From an uncultured Anaerolineaceae bacterium (GTDB lineage Bacteria > Chloroflexota > Anaerolineae > Anaerolineales > UBA11579), in contig CAYJMC010000001.1 in NCBI GenBank assembly GCA_964371335.1, forward strand, positions 14,648 through 78,647: a DNA stretch of 64,000 nucleotides. The letters are read 5' to 3'. The notes beneath the pieces are model-generated. The model searched no databases. It was not told the DNA's origin and worked only from the letters and a program-made list of their open reading frames with translations. Position numbers and translations under genes: made by a program. This document shows positions 17,666 through 23,562 of the stretch, piece by piece (the stretch's first letter is position 1; each line of letters starts with the position of its first letter).

Positions 17666-19069
17666 ATGAAATACCTTTTTATCACTTACAACGGTTTAGC
17701 TCTTCCGGTAGCGTACAAGCTGCAGCAAGAAGGCCACGACGTGATCGTTGGCCAGATACACGACGTCAAAGATTATGTGATGGAAGAAGAGGTTGACAAT
17801 GCCACCGAGACCGACTTCGCCAAGGGGCGTCGCTTAAATCTTTTCAAAGGCATGGTGGATATCCGGCCTGCACAAGAGATCATCGACATTCTCTTGAAAG
17901 ACGATCCCAAAGGCAATTTTATTTTCTTTGAAGAGAACAACCTGTACCGCTGGGCCGATAAGGTCAGGCACCTCCCCTTGGAGGGCAATTTCCCAACGAA
18001 GGAAGATTTCCTATTTGAGATCGATCGCGACCTGGCCAAGAAGTTCGTCCAGAAGCACTACCCCAGGTTGAACACTCCCGAAGTCAAAGAATTCGATTCG
18101 ATCGAGTCGGGCATCCGCTTCCTGCGCAAGACCCAGGAGGTCTGGGTGCTCAAGGGCCGCGATGACAGCGCGCCCACCTTCGTGCCGGACGTGGACGTCC
18201 CCGACCTGGCCAACGCGCAGATCATCGACATGCTGCAGAACTTCCCCTACAAGTATCAGAAGCTCGGCTTCATTCTGGAGCCATTTATTCCCGTCGCCTT
18301 GGAGCTCACGCCAGAGATCATGTTTTACGACGGCGTCCCCTTGTTTTCGACGGTAGGCATCGAGAATAAATCCTTCGGCAGCGGCAACCTCTCCGTTCAA
18401 ACCGGGTGCGCCGAAGACCTGGTGTTCCCAACCTACTTAGAAGACAGGATCAACCGCATTTCCTTCCCGCCTATCGTCTACGAAATGGCCAAGCAACACA
18501 AAGGCCTCTTTATTTGGGACGCGTCGATTTTGGTGAGCAAGAAGGATGGAAAATTATTCTTCGGCGAATTCTGCAGCAACCGCCCCGGCTACAACTCCTT
18601 CTTCACCGAGTTGGCGCAATGCAAATCGGTTGGCGAATTCTTCGAGTCTTCCATCGCCAAGGAGCCCGCTCTCAAGCCCGGCACCGTCGGCACCTCCGTA
18701 CGCGTCTTCAATATGAACCGCGACGAAGACACCGAACAGATCTCCGAAAATCTCATCGTGAACTACAAGCCGGAAATCGAAAAGGACCTTTGGCTCTGGG
18801 ATGTGAAACGCGATGAAAAGAAGAGGATTGTCACCGCCGGCTGTGATTGGAATTTGTGCATCCTCACCGGGTCCGGGAAATCCATTAACGAAGCGATTTA
18901 CAGGACCTATAAGAACATCGATGGCTTATCTTTCGTCGGCTCTTATTACCGTTCCAAGCACGATTTCGTATCGCAGGAATATCCCACTTCGATCTTGAAT
19001 CGCCTGAACTACGGCCTGGAGCGCGGCCTCTATCGCCTGCCCTTTGACGTAAGGGTGGGTGCTATATAA
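17666..19069 (+). CDS. Divergent ATP-grasp enzyme, PurD-like architecture, function unknown
   Basis: N-domain MKYLFITYNGLALPVAYKLQQEGHDV resembles PurD_N. The central VWVLKGRDDSA and SGNLSVQTGC, and the C-part GLFIWDASILVSKKDGKLFFGEFCSNRPG, parallel PurD blocks but are too diverged for an orthologue. Confidence 0.5.
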   Translation: MKYLFITYNGLALPVAYKLQQEGHDVIVGQIHDVKDYVMEEEVDNATETDFAKGRRLNLFKGMVDIRPAQEIIDILLKDDPKGNFIFFEENNLYRWADKVRHLPLEGNFPTKEDFLFEIDRDLAKKFVQKHYPRLNTPEVKEFDSIESGIRFLRKTQEVWVLKGRDDSAPTFVPDVDVPDLANAQIIDMLQNFPYKYQKLGFILEPFIPVALELTPEIMFYDGVPLFSTVGIENKSFGSGNLSVQTGCAEDLVFPTYLEDRINRISFPPIVYEMAKQHKGLFIWDASILVSKKDGKLFFGEFCSNRPGYNSFFTELAQCKSVGEFFESSIAKEPALKPGTVGTSVRVFNMNRDEDTEQISENLIVNYKPEIEKDLWLWDVKRDEKKRIVTAGCDWNLCILTGSGKSINEAIYRTYKNIDGLSFVGSYYRSKHDFVSQEYPTSILNRLNYGLERGLYRLPFDVRVGAI

Positions 19070-19210
19070 AGAAAATGGGCTCGGCCGGCAATGCCCACCT
19101 TAGAACTCGTGGGAAATTGAGGACATGCGGCGGAGCCCACTGATAGATTACTACAAATCCTCTCGAGATTGAATTAATTCCGGTTCATATTGACCCAAAT
19201 GTATATTAAG

Positions 19211-19246
19211 AAAAAGAGCCTTGCTCACGCCAGGCTCCTCATTTTT
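19211..19246 (-). terminator. Terminator of rpmF
   Basis: Minus strand: GAGCCT-ggcgtgagca-AGGCTC followed by TTTTT. Confidence 0.55.
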
Positions 19247-19255
19247 GACTTCAAG

Positions 19256-19292
19256 ACTTCAGGACGTCAGAACTTCAGGACGTCAGGACGTC
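19256..19292. repeat. Tandem 16-mer carrying GACGTC palindromes
   Basis: ACTTCAGGACGTCAGA ACTTCAGGACGTCAGG ACGTC. Starts 2 nt after the rpmF stop. Confidence 0.8.
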
Positions 19293-19293
19293 T

Positions 19294-19479
19294 TTATTCC
19301 TTCTTCATGCTGACGACTTCGCGTCCCTTGTAGTAGCCGCAATTAGGGCATACGGTATGTGGCAAGCGCTTCTCGCCGCAGTTGGGGCAGCTGATGGTGT
19401 TACGCGCCTGCAGGGCGTCGTGCGCTCGGCGGCGGTCGCGGCGTCCCTTGGAATGTTTACGCTTTGGCAGTGGCGTCAT
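19294..19479 (-). CDS. rpmF: 50S ribosomal protein L32
   Basis: MTPLPKRKHSKGRRDRRRAH... plus a CPNCG...CPNCG zinc ribbon. Confidence 0.92.
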   Translation of the reverse strand: MTPLPKRKHSKGRRDRRRAHDALQARNTISCPNCGEKRLPHTVCPNCGYYKGREVVSMKKE

Positions 19480-19617
19480 TGCTTCTTACCTGTTTCCTTG
19501 GACTTTCACTCGATTATATCCAACAAAATACCTGCGTTGGGCAGGTTGGGAGATTATACTAGGTGGCAAGGACGGGGTCAAGAGTTGTGCTGACAGAGGT
19601 TCTGTTAGGAGTGATTT

Positions 19618-20076
19618 ATGGGCGTGTATAAAGATTCGATAGATGTACTTCGCCAAACCGTCGAACGGGTCCATCATTCCAAGGCGAAATACAAAGAAAA
19701 GGTCTTCGTGCGCGAACTCCACGATGGCGATTTGGTTTGGGAAGGCGATGTTTTTATTTTCGAGCTCATGTATGACACCCAGCACAGCGGGGCCACCAAG
19801 GAACAGATCGAAGGCTGGCGGCTGCAGGGGCCCACGGCAAAAGCAGTGAAGGCCGCCGAGGACCGCGGCCAGAGGATCCGCGAGGCGCTGCAAAACGCCC
19901 ATGCTGAACACGGCGAGCCGCTGCGCAAAGCCAAGCTGGCCTACGCCTGGTCCTCACACGTCAAAGGCAGCGACAAGCGCAAGTTCCACGCCGTGTTGCA
20001 TCGTGGGAAGGTGAAATCGGCCGCCGACGCGGTGAAGGTAGCCATGGGGAAGGAAAAGCGAAAAAGGAAGAGGTGA
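19618..20076 (+). CDS. Unknown-function protein, tandem paralog 1
   Basis: AGGAG RBS. 77/146 identical residues to the next gene in my ungapped hand alignment. Shared blocks YDT.HSGATKEQI..WRL.GP and AKLAYAWSS..KGSD. Confidence 0.6.
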   Translation: MGVYKDSIDVLRQTVERVHHSKAKYKEKVFVRELHDGDLVWEGDVFIFELMYDTQHSGATKEQIEGWRLQGPTAKAVKAAEDRGQRIREALQNAHAEHGEPLRKAKLAYAWSSHVKGSDKRKFHAVLHRGKVKSAADAVKVAMGKEKRKRKR

Positions 20077-20259
20077 GAGTGCTTAGTTGTCTCAGCATGG
20101 TGCGTGCATTGGTGGCGAAAACTGCGCCCACCGTCATTTATGAGAAAGGCTTACGCCAGCGTTACCTGGAAGGAATGTAGGATACACTAGGTGGTTGAGC
20201 GGGGTAATGCAAGGAGAAAGGGGTTCTGCGAAACATAGGGGTTATCAGTAAGGAGCGAA

Positions 20260-20700
20260 ATGAGCGCGTTCAAGGATTCGGTAGAAACACTTCGCCTCAC
20301 TGTCGAAAAACTTTATCATGCCAATGCCAGATTCAAAGATAAGAAGTTTGTGCCCGAGGTGCGGGAAGGCGATGCCAAGTGGGAGGGCAATGTCTTCTCC
20401 TTTGGGCTTTTCTACGACACCAAACACAGCGGCGCCACCAAGGAGCAGATAGCCAACTGGCGGCTGCCCGGCCCCAGCGCCGAGGGCTTGGACGCCGCCG
20501 TGAAGCGCGGCCTGAAGCTCAGGAAGCAGTTGCTGGAGAGCACCACCCGCACCCCGGAGATCAGGCGCCGGGCGAAATTGGCCTACGCCTGGTCCTCGCG
20601 CATCAAGGGCAGCGACGAGCGCCAGTTGAACGTGGTGCTGCATGAAGGGGCAGTGAAATCAGCCGTCGATGCGGTGAGGTCGGTGATTGCGAAGGGTTAG
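20260..20700 (+). CDS. Unknown-function protein, tandem paralog 2
   Basis: AAGGAG RBS. Paralog of 19618-20076. Confidence 0.6.
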   Translation: MSAFKDSVETLRLTVEKLYHANARFKDKKFVPEVREGDAKWEGNVFSFGLFYDTKHSGATKEQIANWRLPGPSAEGLDAAVKRGLKLRKQLLESTTRTPEIRRRAKLAYAWSSRIKGSDERQLNVVLHEGAVKSAVDAVRSVIAKG

Positions 20701-20725
20701 TTCGCTTGTAAATGGAAATTACCCT

Positions 20726-21436
20726 CTAAGCCACCCGTATAACTTCACCGAGCAGTGCGTCAATGGCCTGAGAAAAATCAATTTGAGTCGAATTTGGCAG
20801 GCTTTCTTTCGCACGAATTTGTGTATGAAGATATAAGTCCGACAGTTTCCTCGATGAAGCTTCTAAGTTACTCATCAAATCATGGAAAGATTTTCCCCCG
20901 CCGCCATAGTTGTTGGCAACTTCACCGAAATTCTTGCAATGAAAAATGGGAGGAACGTGATCAAGCATGGATCTTACGAGCATCCCAACAGAAAAGTAAT
21001 TCCCTTCATTAAAATTGAAATCTAGTTCTTCGCACAGTCGAATTAGTTTTGAATAATCGAAATTACTCGACTTCAGATTTCTAAGTTCTTCCAAGCGTAG
21101 AGCGGAGATAAAACTTGCACCGATACGAGACCGAACTGGTGTACTAGGTATTGTTTTCGTAAGCTGAACATCTAATTCCTTAATCACTGATGGATGTAAC
21201 CGAAAGTGGCCCTTTCCGATTCCACGCAGGAATCTAGTCGACCTTTGCATACTCTTGGCCAACCGGCTAGTGTTTGGCATAGGTAATCCGGCTATTCCTG
21301 CCCAATGCCCCACGTCGTTGGGTGTAAATGATGCTCGCTCATCAAATTTGTAAAAATAAAACACTAGGAGTTCGACACGTTTTAGCTCTAGCTCCTCCCA
21401 TAGTTTAGTCACTTTAACATATTCTTCGAGCTTCAA
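20726..21436 (-). CDS. Island protein D: winged-helix-like N-domain plus helical C-domain with Rx4H motif
   Basis: TTG start after AAGGTGA. Low GC. N-part FTPNDVGHWAGIAGLPMPNTSRLAKSMQRSTRFLRGIGKGHFRL. C-part has LVRSMLDHVPPIF and SSRKLSDLYLHTQIRAKE. No family recognised. Confidence 0.55.
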   Translation of the reverse strand: MKLEEYVKVTKLWEELELKRVELLVFYFYKFDERASFTPNDVGHWAGIAGLPMPNTSRLAKSMQRSTRFLRGIGKGHFRLHPSVIKELDVQLTKTIPSTPVRSRIGASFISALRLEELRNLKSSNFDYSKLIRLCEELDFNFNEGNYFSVGMLVRSMLDHVPPIFHCKNFGEVANNYGGGGKSFHDLMSNLEASSRKLSDLYLHTQIRAKESLPNSTQIDFSQAIDALLGEVIRVA

Positions 21437-21472
21437 GTTTCACCTTCAACAGAAAATAGGGATGCTCATATT

Positions 21473-21988
21473 CTATTTGTTTGACTTAAGTTTTGCGAAC
21501 GTTTCTTTTACGGCAGGTTTAGGCATGTATGCATAGGATCGAGTTTTTTCATGTTTTTCGCGCGAAAGGTATTTTGGAAACAAGTTTCGTAGAGCGCGGT
21601 TAATGTTTTGTCTACTTGGTGGTGCGATGCCCAAATTGAATCTTATGTATTCGCTAATCGCCCTGTTTATTCCTTCGTGACCCTTGTTGGCTAGGTTGAT
21701 TACAGCCCAGGCCACCTTTTGATCCTCTGACCCAGACTCCCTAATTAAATGATCTGCTGGAATTTCGCTCACCAAATCACTAATCCAATCCGTAGGTTGT
21801 TTTTTGTGGTCTTTTGGGTAATCTTGATCATTAGGGGCAATAGGTAAATCAGGTGCCAAATTCCTTTCTTCAGAAATTGCCAGCCGGTATCTAAGAAATT
21901 CTTGAAAGCCAGCCACCTTGTACTCTGATGGCAACTCCTTCGACATTTCTTCAGCCCATTTTGCTGCTTCTTTCGTTTTTTCGTCCAT
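21473..21988 (-). CDS. Island protein C (171 aa), paralog of B
   Basis: AAGGA RBS. N-terminal ELPSEYKVAGFQEFLRYRL. C-terminal AISEYIRFNLGIAPPSRQNINRALRNLFPKYLSRE...SYAY, which looks winged-helix-like. Confidence 0.55.
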   Translation of the reverse strand: MDEKTKEAAKWAEEMSKELPSEYKVAGFQEFLRYRLAISEERNLAPDLPIAPNDQDYPKDHKKQPTDWISDLVSEIPADHLIRESGSEDQKVAWAVINLANKGHEGINRAISEYIRFNLGIAPPSRQNINRALRNLFPKYLSREKHEKTRSYAYMPKPAVKETFAKLKSNK

Positions 21989-22010
21989 TTTTAACCATCC
22001 TTAATTGAGG

Positions 22011-22526
22011 CTAGCTCTTTTTTAAATTTCTGACGTAAGCAAGTCCTTTGCTTGACAAAGAATACTTATATGCGTTTCCTTCTTCACTTCGAACAAAATA
22101 GGACATGTTTCCAGTAATTGCGCGCCCAATGTTTGGCGCATAGACACTAGGCAGTCTGAGTTTGCTCGTCATGATTGCGGCAACTTCCGGCGGTGTGAGT
22201 GATGTTATGCCGAGTTGGTCTTCTAGAATCCACAGAAGGAGCATTACACGTTCAATCCATGTTCCACCAACTATAATGTCGTGAACTGTGGAAAAATCCA
22301 CATCGGTGTGTAGCACCACCTTCATCATTTCCTCCCGATTATTTTCGTTAATTTGCAGTTTTGACGCGGATCGCCTGATGCTTTCAGCCTGAAGAGTGCC
22401 AAAAGGGTGGGGGTCCAACATTCTCGAAAAGATAACCTCGAATGCCGATGCCCTGAATTCTTCTGGAACGTTTTGCACGAATTCGGCTGCCTTGTTTGCA
22501 ATTTGAGTTATTTTTTCAGCTTCCAT
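22011..22526 (-). CDS. Island protein B (171 aa), paralog of C
   Basis: AGGAG RBS inside the end of gene A (11-nt overlap). N-terminal NVPEEFRASAFEVIFSRML. C-terminal LTPPEVAAIMTSKLRLPSVYAPNIGRAITGNMSYFVRSEEGNAYKYSL. Confidence 0.55.
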   Translation of the reverse strand: MEAEKITQIANKAAEFVQNVPEEFRASAFEVIFSRMLDPHPFGTLQAESIRRSASKLQINENNREEMMKVVLHTDVDFSTVHDIIVGGTWIERVMLLLWILEDQLGITSLTPPEVAAIMTSKLRLPSVYAPNIGRAITGNMSYFVRSEEGNAYKYSLSSKGLAYVRNLKKS

Positions 22527-22908
22527 TTTTCTCCTGCTCGCCGATCAACGCTGCAACTCTGCTAAGACTTGATAAAGGTATTTGATATCGTCCTTTTTGG
22601 GAAACCGAGAGTTTTTGTTTTTCCAACTCCCTTAATTCAGGTTTTACCGTGCCCAAAGGGATGCCGCCGAGATTGGAGATTTCCGTGGGACCCGCATCAT
22701 CCACCTGCCGAAACCCAAGCATATTAAGCGCCTTAACTGCCATCAAAAGGCTGAGGACTTTTTTTCTAGGACTCAGGGAATGGAACGCCGGACTGGGGAC
22801 GACTCCACCGGCATCGGTAAAACTAAAAAGGGGCCTCAGGGTTTCGGCCATCAGCTCCTCAGCAATAACCGCCTCAGAACGTACTAAAGATGATAAACTG
22901 CTTTCCAT
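22516..22908 (-). CDS. Island protein A (130 aa from ATG 22908; ORF track extends to TTG 22986)
   Basis: GGAGG lies 9 nt before ATG 22908, and a strong promoter sits inside the longer ORF. C-terminal GPTEISNLGGIPLGTVKPELRELEKQKLSVSQKGRYQI looks winged-helix-like. Confidence 0.5.
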   Translation of the reverse strand: MESSLSSLVRSEAVIAEELMAETLRPLFSFTDAGGVVPSPAFHSLSPRKKVLSLLMAVKALNMLGFRQVDDAGPTEISNLGGIPLGTVKPELRELEKQKLSVSQKGRYQIPLSSLSRVAALIGEQEKNGS

Positions 22909-22938
22909 GACAATAACCTCCATTGCGAAATCATTTGC

Positions 22939-22968
22939 AGTATATACGAAAGACAAATGTTCTGTCAA
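22939..22968 (-). promoter_or_regulatory. Near-consensus sigma70-type promoter of the island operon
   Basis: Minus strand: TTGACA (22968-22963), 16 nt, TATATA (22946-22941). Alternatively an 18-nt spacer to TATACT. Confidence 0.6.
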
Positions 22969-23257
22969 GGACGAAAACTGCTCCAAATAAGGATGAAATG
23001 TACTCCGCCCAAATGTTCAGTCTTGGGCAAATGATACCATCAATGACACAACTTATTTAGGATAGTGATAAATTAATTATTTTCACCACAGAGTAATTGA
23101 TGAGGCGATAAAACTGGGACACCGACTCTGGGTATCTCAACAGCCCCTATAGTTCCCAGATTGCGATCAAATTCGCATAATTAAGCTTCTGGACTTCTTT
23201 TAATGAAACAGGGGTACGGGCCAAGCTACGGTATTTGGCGATTGCTGACGAGGCATG

Positions 23258-23347
23258 CCGGACCAGGGACGACTCCACCGGCACCGATAAAACTGATAAG
23301 GGCCTCAGGGTTTCGGGCAACATGGCAGAACGATATAACCGCCTCAA
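23258..23347 (-). pseudogene. Decayed duplicate of the 5' part of island gene A
   Basis: About 62 nt at roughly 88% identity (hand alignment) to 22788-22850, with one indel, plus a shared ATAACCGCCTCA block. The reading frame is broken relative to gene A. Confidence 0.6.
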
Positions 23348-23458
23348 AGAGAAATATCCAGGATTATTCGATGTGCAGATGGATAACTATTATATGCATA
23401 TCACATCGCGTATCATTGCTAGCACACAGGCACTTTTGATTGGGAAACTAATCCTCAA

Positions 23459-23488
23459 TAAAAAAGCTCGCCTGTAGCGCGAGCCTTT
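23459..23488 (-). terminator. Terminator of the M28 peptidase gene
   Basis: Minus strand: GCTCGC-gctacag-GCGAGC followed by TTTTTATT. Confidence 0.65.
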
Positions 23489-23562
23489 TATGCGTTAAAG
23501 TCGTTTGTCTGATGTTTATCCAGAACTAGCAACTTTGATCATCTCGCCTTTCTTTGTACATA

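Noticed and set aside
19256-19292. I considered whether the tandem repeats here, and the heptamer arrays elsewhere, could be CRISPR arrays.
   Set aside because: The units are 7-16 nt with no unique spacers between them, and there are no cas genes in the window.
22788-23347. I considered whether the duplicated 60-90-bp segment is a DGR template/variable repeat pair.
   Set aside because: The mismatches are not adenine-specific (T>C, G>A, A>G, A>T, C>G, plus an indel). No reverse transcriptase gene is present. The repeat lies at the 5' end of the gene, not the 3' end.
23235-23477. 80-aa plus-strand ORF (or a 51-aa version from ATG 23322) divergent from the island operon and ending inside the 23466-23484 hairpin.
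   Set aside because: There is no RBS, and the first half is antisense to the duplicated remnant. No motif is visible. It cannot be excluded as a small gene, but it is not supportable from sequence alone.
20701-23550. I considered whether the island is a prophage or an integrative element.
   Set aside because: I found no integrase/recombinase, structural or replication genes, no adjacent tRNA, and no matching direct repeats at the two composition boundaries. Only 'foreign cassette' is supported.
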